A stretch of 53,400 nucleotides of DNA. Origin: Oligoflexales bacterium. Lineage in GTDB: Bacteria; Bdellovibrionota_B; Oligoflexia; Oligoflexales; CAIYRB01. The stretch's first letter is position 1. Every line of letters begins with the position of its first letter. Location of the stretch: the NCBI GenBank assembly GCA_041736175.1, contig JBGSUI010000241.1, positions 1-53,400 on the forward strand, written 5' to 3'. Shown here piece after piece: positions 28,801 to 38,314 of this stretch. The notes under the pieces are model-generated. The model ran no database searches, was not told where the DNA came from, and was given only the letters and a program-made list of their open reading frames with translations. The translations under genes were made by a program, and so were the position numbers.

Positions 28801-29988
28801 TTGTTTATTTTGGGATCACGGATACTGCACCTAAGGAAATTTATGACCATCTTCCTTAAGCCTCTAAAGCTCCTCATCATGACCTCTAGCATCTTCTTGG
28901 TGTGCGGCCTCTCAACCTCGCTCTTTGCAGTCACAGCAGACCAGGACAAGATCAACTACGATTTCTGCAAGGCCCCTCCAACCCTGCCGTCTGATCCAAA
29001 ATCAGATGGGATTGAGACTCTAAGTTTATGGAATGCCCAGGATGTCCAGGAGCACCTCCTCACTCTCACCAAAGATGCAATCCTTATCGACACCCCTTGG
29101 AACAGCTACCCCATCACCTACGTCGCCATGACTAAAGCCCGGGATTTCGAGAGGTGCCAGGGCACCCTCGCCACTCCAAACCTTAAACACCAGTTGATCG
29201 GTGACCTCCTCGCCGACATCATGAGCCGTTGGCTCGCTTTGTCCATGCAGTCCTGCGCAGCAGCAACTCGTCAAGGGGACCCCAACTATGGGTTTTGTGG
29301 GGCCATGGAGAGGATCCTGACCAACAATCTCGACACCCTGGGCTCAGCCCTGGAAATCACCTCGGTTTACCTGAGTTCCCATATGGCGATGGCCCTTGCC
29401 GCTGTGATCCACGATGATTTGTTTTGGAACCAAGAGTTTCCACCCGCCACCCATTGCCGGTCCTTGGACCGTAGTCCATGCCCTCAGGAAACCATCGACC
29501 AGCGCATCCGCTGGGTCGAGGACTACAAAATCCACTACAATCGTAACAATCGGTTTTTAGCAAAAAACGTGGGGACCATCATCAAAACCCTGCGTCAAGC
29601 TTGCTACATCCGAGGTGGGTTTTTTGACACTTCAGCCACCCTGGCCAATCAGCTCCCGCTCCCCGTTATGGAGCTGTTTTTTGGCAATATCCGCGACAAA
29701 ACCTTTAGGGCTGGCCTAGAGCTGGCCAGAACCTTAGATCCAAGCGCACACCCAATGTTAGCGAAGGATGCTGATGGGCTTTACCACCGCCAGTTTAGTC
29801 ATATAAAATTCTTTGAAAAGATGCCTCCTCCCCTCGCCGCAGCCGAGGACTTTGCCCGGAGCCAGCTGCGCGGACCACTCTTTTTGACGTCGATTTTTTC
29901 CGGTTTAGGCAGTCGCAGCTGGACTGACCTAGCATCCAACCCCCCAAGCACAAAAAGACTCTGTACCATAGGAGGAGAAGTCCCATGA
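28801..29988 (+). CDS. Hypothetical exported helical protein, weak resemblance to DUF5995
   Basis: Long ORF with hydrophobic N-terminus; TYVAMTKA, SHMAMALAA and YNRNNRFLA loosely recall DUF5995. ATGA-coupled to ndh. Start may be downstream. Confidence 0.5.
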   Translation: MFILGSRILHLRKFMTIFLKPLKLLIMTSSIFLVCGLSTSLFAVTADQDKINYDFCKAPPTLPSDPKSDGIETLSLWNAQDVQEHLLTLTKDAILIDTPWNSYPITYVAMTKARDFERCQGTLATPNLKHQLIGDLLADIMSRWLALSMQSCAAATRQGDPNYGFCGAMERILTNNLDTLGSALEITSVYLSSHMAMALAAVIHDDLFWNQEFPPATHCRSLDRSPCPQETIDQRIRWVEDYKIHYNRNNRFLAKNVGTIIKTLRQACYIRGGFFDTSATLANQLPLPVMELFFGNIRDKTFRAGLELARTLDPSAHPMLAKDADGLYHRQFSHIKFFEKMPPPLAAAEDFARSQLRGPLFLTSIFSGLGSRSWTDLASNPPSTKRLCTIGGEVP

Positions 29989-31280
29989 GACTACGACCGA
30001 CCCTTCACCATGGCGAGACCATTGTGATCATCATCGGCGCTGGATTTGCGGGAATGCAAGCCGCCAAAACCCTCGCTGGTCGCCCCCTTGTGCGGGTGAT
30101 CCTTATCGATAGCCATAACCACCACCTCTTTCAGCCACTCCTCTACCAGGTCGCCACGGCCGGACTGGACCCGTCCGATATTGCGGTTCCCATCCGAGCC
30201 CAGTTTCCAAAAGAGTCCAACGTAGAAGTCCATATGGGCAAAGCCAAGAGCATCAACCTCTCGGAAAAATACGTCGCCCTAGGCGACCATGAAATCGAGT
30301 TTGACTACCTGATCTTGGCCTGTGGGACACTCCATAGTTATTTTGGCAACCCCCAGTGGGAAAACTTCGCTCCAGGACTCAAGACGCTAGAGCAGGCTAC
30401 TGAAATCAGGCGTCGCGTCCTCTCAGCTTTTGAGCTTGCGGAAAGCGAACTCGACCCACAGGTCCAAAAAGCCCTGATGACCTTCGTGATTGTTGGTGGG
30501 GGGCCAACAGGGGTAGAATTAGCTGGAGCTATTTCGGATATCTCACGGACGGTCTTGGTGCGAGACTTTAGGCGGATCAATCCCTCAAAAGCATGTATCA
30601 TTCTTGTGGAAGCATCGCCCAAAATCATGAACACCTTTGCCGACGATCTTGCGCGACGAGCCCACCAGGATCTTGAGTCCCTGGGCGTCGAAGTGCGGGT
30701 CTCCAGTCGTGTCGAAAATATCAATAGCGATGGAGTCCAGATAGGCAACGACTTTTTACCGTCCAAAACGGTCCTCTGGGCGGCCGGCGTTCGGGCTGCT
30801 CCCCTGGACTTTATCCCTGCAGCTCCCCTCGACAGAGTGGGACGGGTCAAGGTTGACAAAGATTTTTCAGTTCCGTCCTTTTCCTTTTGTTTTGTGGTAG
30901 GCGACATGGCATCCTTTGAATTAGCGCCCCAGCAATTTCTACCAGGTTTAGCACCTGCAGCCATCCAGTCAGGTGCCCATGCCGCAAAAAGCATTCTGGC
31001 GACCTTAGCGGGGAAACCAAGACAAGAATTTGTCTATAAAGATAAAGGTCAGATGGCGACCATCGGTAAACACCTTGCGATTGCCCAGGCGGGACGTATT
31101 AAACTCACAGGTATTGTGGGCTGGTTGGCATGGCTTTTCGTTCATGTCTTTTACCTTGTCACCTTTCGCAACCGTATCTCGGTGATGGTCAAGTGGGCTT
31201 GGAGCTATACCTTTTCTAAAAGGGGGGCCCGGCTGATCACCGAGCAGGAATGGCGGCTGTTTAAGGAAGACAAGAAATAG
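29985..31280 (+). CDS. ndh: Type II NADH dehydrogenase / FAD-dependent oxidoreductase
   Basis: GAGFAG, FQPLLYQVAT, VGGGPTGVELAG, WAAGV, AIQSG, DKGQMATIG. Confidence 0.9.
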   Translation: MRLRPTLHHGETIVIIIGAGFAGMQAAKTLAGRPLVRVILIDSHNHHLFQPLLYQVATAGLDPSDIAVPIRAQFPKESNVEVHMGKAKSINLSEKYVALGDHEIEFDYLILACGTLHSYFGNPQWENFAPGLKTLEQATEIRRRVLSAFELAESELDPQVQKALMTFVIVGGGPTGVELAGAISDISRTVLVRDFRRINPSKACIILVEASPKIMNTFADDLARRAHQDLESLGVEVRVSSRVENINSDGVQIGNDFLPSKTVLWAAGVRAAPLDFIPAAPLDRVGRVKVDKDFSVPSFSFCFVVGDMASFELAPQQFLPGLAPAAIQSGAHAAKSILATLAGKPRQEFVYKDKGQMATIGKHLAIAQAGRIKLTGIVGWLAWLFVHVFYLVTFRNRISVMVKWAWSYTFSKRGARLITEQEWRLFKEDKK

Positions 31281-31401
31281 GCTCAAAAACGCCCAAAGTT
31301 TGTCGCTTCCCAATTGATTTTTAGTCTCGCACAATATTGGCGTTCTCGGGGATTTCACCCCACGGGGTTCACCATCTATTGTTACAAGAGGCAAGAAATC
31401 T

Positions 31402-32388
31402 ATGTCGGTCCTCCATCCTATGGTTCCTTTTAAAATCCGTTGGTTTATGTGTCTATGTTGGATGATCTCCTGTCTAAGCTGTGGTCCAACCCCTACCACC
31501 CCCTATTTCCCCTTGGTTACAGGGGGCAGAGAGGTTGGCAAAGAGTCCAAGCTACCGACCCGCTGGGCCACAGTCGCCCTTACCACAAAGACCCTTGCCG
31601 CCGAAGAAAGGGCCTACTGCACGGGGGTCCTTATCAAACCCACCATAGTTTTAACGGCTGCCCACTGTATCACCGACGACAATGGTCACTTTACCACTCT
31701 AGGGCATGTTAGTTTTGGCCCCAAGGTCGGCATTCATCCGGTCACCCTCAATAAAATGGTTGGACTCGCTGTCCATAAATTTTGGAATCCAGCCGCTTTA
31801 GACCGAGGGGACAATGTCGCCTATAACGACTTAGCTCTTGTTAAAATGAATGCTGCGTTTACCAAAGCGATGCCCATGGGCATCACAACGGGTGAACCCC
31901 GTCTCGGCTACCAGGACTCGGTAGTGATCGCTGGGTATGGGGTTTCGGCCTCCCGAGACCTGGATGACACCGGACTCCTGCGATCGGTTTCCATGAAGGT
32001 CAAGTCTGTCAACCCAGACACTAAGTCTCTGTTATTGGAGGGTTTGCCTAGAGATGGCTACGCCCTATGGCCCTATGGCTTTAGTGACACCAAACGTAAG
32101 CGTATCCGTTCCGGGGCTTGTGCCGGGGATTCAGGTGGCCCGGCCTTTACCAGGGGGCCCACGGCCAAAGAATGGCTGCTTGTGGGCATCACATCGTTTG
32201 GTTACGAGTTTGAAAAAGAAGGAGAGCGCGAGGGCCAGACCTACTGCGTCGGTCAGAATGGTTATACCTATTTGGCACCCTACCGAAGGCAGATCGAAAA
32301 AGCAGCAGTCCAGTTGGAGAGAGTCACAACGACACAGACCAATCATCGGTTTTTTTTCTCCGAGGATGGATTAACCCCTGCTCCTTAG
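31402..32388 (+). CDS. Trypsin-like (S1) serine protease, probable lipoprotein
   Basis: Catalytic triad motifs LTAAHC, NDLAL, GDSGGP; N-terminal hydrophobic segment ending in LSC. Confidence 0.9.
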   Translation: MSVLHPMVPFKIRWFMCLCWMISCLSCGPTPTTPYFPLVTGGREVGKESKLPTRWATVALTTKTLAAEERAYCTGVLIKPTIVLTAAHCITDDNGHFTTLGHVSFGPKVGIHPVTLNKMVGLAVHKFWNPAALDRGDNVAYNDLALVKMNAAFTKAMPMGITTGEPRLGYQDSVVIAGYGVSASRDLDDTGLLRSVSMKVKSVNPDTKSLLLEGLPRDGYALWPYGFSDTKRKRIRSGACAGDSGGPAFTRGPTAKEWLLVGITSFGYEFEKEGEREGQTYCVGQNGYTYLAPYRRQIEKAAVQLERVTTTQTNHRFFFSEDGLTPAP

Positions 32389-32401
32389 AGTTAACCTAGC
32401 C

Positions 32402-32443
32402 TTGACGTCTTCCCCGCCCTAAGCGACGGGGATTTCCTTGTAC
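32402..32443 (-). mobile_element. Solo IS200/IS605-type end hairpin (non-autonomous remnant)
   Basis: Minus strand GTAC-AAGGAAATCCCCGTCGCTTAGGGCGGGGAAGACG-TCAA: a GC-rich subterminal hairpin ending in TCAA, as in IS200/IS605 ends. No tnpA or tnpB nearby. Confidence 0.7.
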
Positions 32444-32509
32444 AACCAGTGCAATTTGACTTTGATTCACCCATCATTCCATTATTTACAATATGTTATA
32501 GACACCGGC

Positions 32510-32536
32510 TAAAGTTTCCCCTGGAAACTCCGATAA
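32510..32536 (+). promoter_or_regulatory. sigma28 (FliA)-type promoter
   Basis: TAAAGTTT-N11-TCCGATAA. Confidence 0.7.
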
Positions 32537-32598
32537 TCATCCTGTATCCTGTAGGTGACCTGTGAAACTTACTGTGTTATTTCAGCGGGTGAAAGATC

Positions 32599-33099
32599 AT
32601 GATAAAGCGCATCAAGGAAAAAAACATTGAATTTAAGCATCCACTCGCAACAATAGTCGCGGAAGAGGTTGAAATTGGTATTTCCGATTCTGGAAGGAGA
32701 TCAATTTCTGCAACTGAGATCGAACGTCTATCTCGGCTGGCAGCCCTAGCTTTTATAGATAAACATTACCGTTCTTCCTTGGAAAAAAAGAATTTTACAA
32801 TCTCAAGCAAGAGAGTGATGGCAATTTTGACCTATCTTAAAGTGAATCAATCAGAGTTTGCCAAGCTCATCGGATGTCAAAAAGCTAAAATGTCTAAGAT
32901 TTTAAAAGAAGAGCAAACCATTTCAAAACCTCAGGCAATGTTAGCTATTGAACGCCTTGGACTAGAGATCGCAAGACCGGGCGCAATTCGCAATATGCTC
33001 GGCGATGAGTCCGCCACTGTTGGCATTTCTGAGGACTGGATTAAAGAAAAAATAAATGATGCAAGATTCGCTCATTCTCAAAAAATTGTCTGTAGGTAA
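32599..33099 (+). CDS. XRE-type HTH protein, MqsA/HigA antitoxin-like, without toxin
   Basis: HTH LKVNQSEFAKLIGCQKAKMSKI. The N-terminus resembles an MqsA ribbon lacking the cysteines. AT-rich. Confidence 0.6.
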   Translation: MIKRIKEKNIEFKHPLATIVAEEVEIGISDSGRRSISATEIERLSRLAALAFIDKHYRSSLEKKNFTISSKRVMAILTYLKVNQSEFAKLIGCQKAKMSKILKEEQTISKPQAMLAIERLGLEIARPGAIRNMLGDESATVGISEDWIKEKINDARFAHSQKIVCR

Positions 33100-33174
33100 A
33101 TCAACCTATCCTTTAGTTACGAGTTTGAAAAAGAAGGCGAGTTGCAGGGCCAAACCTAAAGTGGACCCAACTTC

Positions 33175-34566
33175 CTAGACAATTTCTCCGTGAAAATAAG
33201 CTGCTGCGATTTCTGGGATTTTCTCAACAAGATAAAGGGGAAGGGATAATAAGCGGTAGCGGACTTTTTTGGGGCCTGCTTTGGATTGAATCATGGTCTC
33301 AACCCACTGCAAACTAGGTGGGTTTAAATCAAGGCGAATGGCAAAGCTCAGCTGCTTTTCACCCATAAATTGGTGCAGAGATCGCAAACTTCCACTGGCA
33401 CCAGATTTGACTTCAATCGGAAAAATTTGACCGGCGGCTGCGCTCACAAAATCCACCTCCGCGTTGACTCCCTTGCCCTCGCGCAACCAATAGCTCAAGC
33501 CAGAGGAAACCTCCCTGAGTTGAGCGTCGAGCAGGTGCTGACCAACAAACTGTTCAGCTAAGGCACCTTCGTTGACGAGTTTAAGTGCTGGTAGTGCCGT
33601 AAGGTCTTTCCAGCTCAAACCCAATATAGAATTCATCAAACCTATGTCCAAAAACATCAATTTATATACGTTTTCATCACGTTCAGCTTCAAGAGGCAAG
33701 CCATTGCAATGGCTGTGAGTGACCTTATTGAGGATGCGAGCGAGACAAAGAAGGTCAATATCAGCTTTAATGGTGGAGCTCTGATGATCCGTAGAAAAAT
33801 TTGTATATTTTACCTTCAAACCGATATTTCTTGCCGAATAGGCAAAAACTTTCAAAAATCGAGAAAGATTGCGCGATCCAATGTATTTAGGGAAATCATC
33901 CTGAAACGTGCCTAAAATCGATTGATGAACCTCGGAGGCAGCTCGTTGTTTACCCGTCTTAACAAATTGATCGACGGCTTCCGGCATTCCACCCACAAAG
34001 AAATAGGTTCGCAAGAGTTCGATGAAACGCTGGTGGGTGAGATCTCCGAGTTCATCGTTTAGTCGGAAATTTTTGAGCTTCCCTTGCAAATTTGTTTCCT
34101 TGAGAGCCATAAGGAATTCAGAAAATACCAATGGCCCCATTTGAAGGTATTCGATCCTGCCGACAGGCATGGAAAATTCGTGATCGCGCAACAGAAATTC
34201 CAATAGTGATCCCGCAGCGACCACTGGTAGTTCTGGACGATCCTCATAAAAATATCGAAGGGCAGGCAATACGGACTCGACCCCTTGGATTTCATCCAGA
34301 AACAGTAGGGAGTCTGGGCTGATACCGGGCATCTTGGGTAAGCTCTCAAGCTCGGCTATTATTTTTTGGGTATCCTTAGAAACAAAAACCGCATCCAGCA
34401 AAGGAAATCGATCCAAATTCACTTCATTCAGGGGCAGGCCTTTGGTGGCAGCAAAGAGGCGGACTAAGGTAGATTTTCCAACCTGCCGAGCGCCCCGAAT
34501 CACCAGTGGCTTTCGATGCGGCTTTTGCCACCATTCCTCAAGTTTATCTTGTTCTTTTCGATACAT
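33175..34566 (-). CDS. AAA_14 ATPase with DUF4143 domain
   Basis: RKPLVIRGARQVGKST, LFLDEIQ, AAGSLL, VGGMPEAV, DIGL, AEVDF, PIEVKSG. Start MYRKEQ at 34566. Confidence 0.9.
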   Translation of the reverse strand: MYRKEQDKLEEWWQKPHRKPLVIRGARQVGKSTLVRLFAATKGLPLNEVNLDRFPLLDAVFVSKDTQKIIAELESLPKMPGISPDSLLFLDEIQGVESVLPALRYFYEDRPELPVVAAGSLLEFLLRDHEFSMPVGRIEYLQMGPLVFSEFLMALKETNLQGKLKNFRLNDELGDLTHQRFIELLRTYFFVGGMPEAVDQFVKTGKQRAASEVHQSILGTFQDDFPKYIGSRNLSRFLKVFAYSARNIGLKVKYTNFSTDHQSSTIKADIDLLCLARILNKVTHSHCNGLPLEAERDENVYKLMFLDIGLMNSILGLSWKDLTALPALKLVNEGALAEQFVGQHLLDAQLREVSSGLSYWLREGKGVNAEVDFVSAAAGQIFPIEVKSGASGSLRSLHQFMGEKQLSFAIRLDLNPPSLQWVETMIQSKAGPKKVRYRLLSLPLYLVEKIPEIAAAYFHGEIV

Positions 34567-34743
34567 ACAGTGTCCTAGAGCCAGGTTTTGATTCCAGATG
34601 GTTACATAATTGACCCCATTAATCATATCATGATTATTAAAAAAGAGGTCATTTTTGTTATGCATCGAACCAGAGAGAAGTGCCATTGAATATTTTTAAT
34701 CAGGTAGGTAAAAGTGTCGCAAAGGCCTGTAAATAGTAAAACG

Positions 34744-34777
34744 ATAAACCGCCCAGCTTTATGGCCGGGCGGTTTAT
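34744..34777 (-). terminator. Intrinsic terminator after the OMP-like gene
   Basis: ataaaccgccc/gggcggtttat 11-bp stem with AT-rich flanks. Confidence 0.75.
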
Positions 34778-34817
34778 TATAACTTAGATGTTGTTTGCAA
34801 ATAACCGAATCTGACGA

Positions 34818-35783
34818 TTAGAAAAGGTCAGCAGTCAAAGTGACTCGGGATTCGTACTGGCTGGCGCCAAGCTCTTTGTTGTCTTCAGCAGTTTCAGGGT
34901 TGATGCTATAACCATAGACACCACCTAGGTACTGGCGAAGCTCGCCACCGAGGCTCAAACCCTTTTGGATTTTGTAGCTGGCTGCCAGTTTAGTCGTGGT
35001 AAGAGCTTTGTACTCATAGCCATCTTGCTCAGCCACTGGCTTGTTGTCCACAACTTCCGAGGCCACATAAAGTGGTGCCCATTTTTGGGCGAGGTCTACG
35101 CCGAGGTCGATAGAAAAGTCTTTCATTGCAGCTGGGGCGAAGGAAACAACAAAGCTCGAATCGTTTAGGAAAGGAGCCTGTTTAGCTGTGACTTTTCTGT
35201 CTTCTTCCGAAGCAAGACCGAAATTCTCGACTCCTGTATCGTTTCTAGGCGTCAATTTAGTGTCACCACTTGCGGTTCCAAGGAGAACGCCTTTTGGTTC
35301 TGTAAAGGCTTTGACCTTGAGATCACCAGCAACGATTGGATAGGTGTGCTCGTAGGTGAAGTTCATACCAATGGCAGAAGCTTTTAATTGGCCCACCGTG
35401 GTGTCAAGCTCCGTGTAGGCGTAGGGCCCGATGGAGCCAAAGTCACCTTTAATCCAGGCCCAGCTGGTTTCGTTATAAAACTCGGCAGTTTTAAGGGTAG
35501 GATCTTCGGTGCCTTTTGCATACCGAGATGTGAAAGATGTATCAACAGCTTTGTTCCAGAGGGTGGTGCCGATGGTTGGAGCAACCGACATCACTGGGGT
35601 GGCGCCTTTCAGTTCATCGGATTTAAAGGTCGTGTTTTGACGAATCTCAACATTTCCGTATAGACCCGGCATCAAAAGTTTGAAGCCTTCTTGTTTTTTG
35701 CCGGTGACCTGGGCTTGGGCGACGGCAATGCTGCTCACGGCACTTCCAGCAGCTAAAGCTAGCATGACTTTAGATAGTTTCAT
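34818..35783 (-). CDS. Probable outer-membrane beta-barrel protein
   Basis: SD GGAGGT, Sec signal MKLSKVMLALAAGSAVSSIAVA, amphipathic strands, C-terminal RVTLTADLF with terminal Phe, own terminator. Confidence 0.65.
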   Translation of the reverse strand: MKLSKVMLALAAGSAVSSIAVAQAQVTGKKQEGFKLLMPGLYGNVEIRQNTTFKSDELKGATPVMSVAPTIGTTLWNKAVDTSFTSRYAKGTEDPTLKTAEFYNETSWAWIKGDFGSIGPYAYTELDTTVGQLKASAIGMNFTYEHTYPIVAGDLKVKAFTEPKGVLLGTASGDTKLTPRNDTGVENFGLASEEDRKVTAKQAPFLNDSSFVVSFAPAAMKDFSIDLGVDLAQKWAPLYVASEVVDNKPVAEQDGYEYKALTTTKLAASYKIQKGLSLGGELRQYLGGVYGYSINPETAEDNKELGASQYESRVTLTADLF

Positions 35784-35979
35784 GATTACCTCCACAATGA
35801 GTTTAGTCATAAAAGTAGGTCTCGATAGCGACACTGCTATAACGAACCGCTTTTAAACTACAAATCCAAGCGAAGTTTACGATACCCACAACTCTAAGTC
35901 AAATCTTTATCAAGTTAAAAGCTATTGTTCTATGATCTCTCGATGTTAATTTGAAAGGATGGTATCGAAAGAAATACCT

Positions 35980-37131
35980 CTAAAGCGCTCCAACCCCGCG
36001 GTCCAACTGGCGGTCCATTTCCCACTTGGGGTCCCAGGTCCGGTGATGGGGCTTTTCGTCGATCAAAAATCGTTTTTCGCCTAGATCTGCTGGTTCCGCC
36101 TGAACCTGCCGGCATACAACTCCTTGGTCCCCGAGATCCTGGGCGAACCGCCTGATGGCAGCGGCAGCCTCTGGCAAAGAATTTACCCTGGCCAGTTCAT
36201 CCCTGGCCCGCCTGGCTCCTGGCCAGCCTGCCAGATACCAAAGCAGATGTTTACGCATCACCACAGCACTTTGGGATGTTTGGCCATAGATCTTCTCCTG
36301 GTACCTCAGATGGCGGAGGACCGTCGATTGCCATTCTTCAAGGGTTAGAGGATAAGGTGATCCATCCTTGATCTCCCGAAACACCCACGGATTGCCTAGG
36401 GCTCCGCGGCTGACCATCAGGCCATCAACCCTGGTTTCTTGAATCATTTTTTGGGCATCAAAACAGCTAAAAATATTGCCGTTTCCAATGACTGGGATCT
36501 TCAGCCGGCGCTTTGCATAGGCCAACCCCTTAAGGTCGACCGGAACGCCGTAGTCATCGCAGCGGTAGCGTCCATGGATCGTCACCCACCTTGCCCCGCC
36601 TTTTTCCACTGCATCAAGAATCTCGTCAAAGGGGGCGCTCTGGCGGTCCCAACCGAGACGGATTTTGACAGAAAGGGGCAGATCCGTAGCCTGCCTTGCC
36701 AGCGTGATCATGGTTGCCATGGTTTCTGGACTCTTTAAAAGCCCACTCCCACAGCCATTTCCCACGACTTTAGCGACGGGGCAGCCCATATTGAGATCAA
36801 TGGTCTCAAACCGGCCTTGCTGCAAACCCTGATTCAAAAGGGCAACGGCCTGGGCCACCTCGTCGGGACTCCTTCCGGTGACCTGAACCCCAAGCCATGG
36901 TTCGTGGCGATGACGGGCCATCATCTCAAATGTTTTTTGGTTGCCATAGAGAATCGCTGTCGCTGAGAGCATCTCCACATAGGTGAGGTCAGCTCCCCAC
37001 TCCTGACAAATCCTACGAAAGGGGATATCACTCACTCCAGCCAGGGGTGCCAAAAACACAACTTTTTTAGCACAAGTCCCATCGTCATGGTCCTCTGGAC
37101 TCGTTTGCGGATACCAGGCTCCCCTTCCCAT
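35980..37131 (-). CDS. dusB: tRNA-dihydrouridine synthase
   Basis: LAPLAGVSD, IDLNMGCP, SVKIRLGW, TIHGR, IGNGNI, RGALGNPW, MRKH. Confidence 0.88.
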   Translation of the reverse strand: MGRGAWYPQTSPEDHDDGTCAKKVVFLAPLAGVSDIPFRRICQEWGADLTYVEMLSATAILYGNQKTFEMMARHRHEPWLGVQVTGRSPDEVAQAVALLNQGLQQGRFETIDLNMGCPVAKVVGNGCGSGLLKSPETMATMITLARQATDLPLSVKIRLGWDRQSAPFDEILDAVEKGGARWVTIHGRYRCDDYGVPVDLKGLAYAKRRLKIPVIGNGNIFSCFDAQKMIQETRVDGLMVSRGALGNPWVFREIKDGSPYPLTLEEWQSTVLRHLRYQEKIYGQTSQSAVVMRKHLLWYLAGWPGARRARDELARVNSLPEAAAAIRRFAQDLGDQGVVCRQVQAEPADLGEKRFLIDEKPHHRTWDPKWEMDRQLDRGVGAL

Positions 37132-37175
37132 TGGGTGCTTCCCTCCCTATCTTCCAAAAATCAAATGGATATCGG

Positions 37176-38279
37176 CTATGTTGGGTTTTTTGTCAAGGCC
37201 CGCTCCGCCCGCTCCGTTGACTCCTGAGCCAGCTCTTTAACAAGCCCTTCGACGAGCTTTTGGAGGTCCCTTACTTTTTTTTCCAGATCGCTAGCCCGGC
37301 GACTGGCAGCCACTTGGCGTCGCCACTCTTTAGCGGGTATCGCTGGAAATCCTAAGTAAGTATCTGGGACGGGAGCGCTTTTAGTCAGAGCCGACATGGC
37401 TCCGACTTGGACACGGTCAGCCAGAACACAGCGGTTATTGATGGCCGAATGCCCTCCCGTGACGACCCAGTTACCAAGTTTTGCCGAACCCGCGATCCCT
37501 GTCATACCGCATAAGATACAGTGCTCACCAATCACCACCCCATGACCCACATGAACATGGCTATCGAGTTTGGTCCCCCGCCCTATCACGGTGTCTTCCA
37601 GAGCTCCCCGATCGATGGTGCAGAGTCCACCAATCTCCACATCATCGTGGATAACCACCCGACCTACCTGGGGGATTTTAAGGTGCCCCTCTGGGCTAGG
37701 AGCAAATCCAAAGCCATCGGCACCGATCACGGCACCACCGTGGATCAAACAACCCTGGCCGATCACCACCCGCTCCTCAATGACCACGTTGGCTCTGATC
37801 TCAGTTTTAGCCCCAATCACAGCTCCCTCACCGATAAAAACCCCGGGATAAAGCCAGACATCCGCCTCGATCTTAGCCTTAGGCCCGATATACACATGGG
37901 GCATTACGATAGCGCTCTCGTCGACTTGGGCATCCTCGGCGACAAAAGCCCCTTCGCGGATTCCCGCCCTGGGCCGCTGGCTGTTTACAAAAAGTTGTGC
38001 CACCTGGGCAAAAGCCCGGTAGGGCGATGGGTGAATCACTTGGAGGATCGCCACGTCTTTGCGAGGAGCTGAGAGGATCACGACCGATGCTTGCGTCGTC
38101 GTTAAAAAAGCTTCATAGGCTTCTTGGGCCAGAAAGGTGATCTCCCCAGGTCCAGCCGTGGCAATGGGAGCAACCCGGTGGATCTCCGTCAGGTCCAGAC
38201 TTAAGCCGCCCCTCTCGGAGACCGAAGGATGAACCCATAGGGTGGCACCGAGTGCCTCAAGGATATCGATAACGCGCAT
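37176..38279 (-). CDS. lpxD: UDP-3-O-(3-hydroxyacyl)glucosamine N-acyltransferase
   Basis: Hexapeptide repeats, IGADGFGF, KIPQVGRV, IDRGALEDT. Confidence 0.95.
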   Translation of the reverse strand: MRVIDILEALGATLWVHPSVSERGGLSLDLTEIHRVAPIATAGPGEITFLAQEAYEAFLTTTQASVVILSAPRKDVAILQVIHPSPYRAFAQVAQLFVNSQRPRAGIREGAFVAEDAQVDESAIVMPHVYIGPKAKIEADVWLYPGVFIGEGAVIGAKTEIRANVVIEERVVIGQGCLIHGGAVIGADGFGFAPSPEGHLKIPQVGRVVIHDDVEIGGLCTIDRGALEDTVIGRGTKLDSHVHVGHGVVIGEHCILCGMTGIAGSAKLGNWVVTGGHSAINNRCVLADRVQVGAMSALTKSAPVPDTYLGFPAIPAKEWRRQVAASRRASDLEKKVRDLQKLVEGLVKELAQESTERAERALTKNPT

Positions 38280-38314
38280 CTAGAAGCCCTCGCGGGTGGG
38301 AGTTTTGGGCAAGT

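Larger units (their letters stand above)
32194..33158 (+). repeat. 50-bp imperfect direct repeat (32194-32243 and 33109-33158)
   Basis: 42 of 50 identical, with an identical 22-nt core gttacgagtttgaaaaagaagg. Copy 1 is inside the protease gene; copy 2 is intergenic. Confidence 0.85.
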
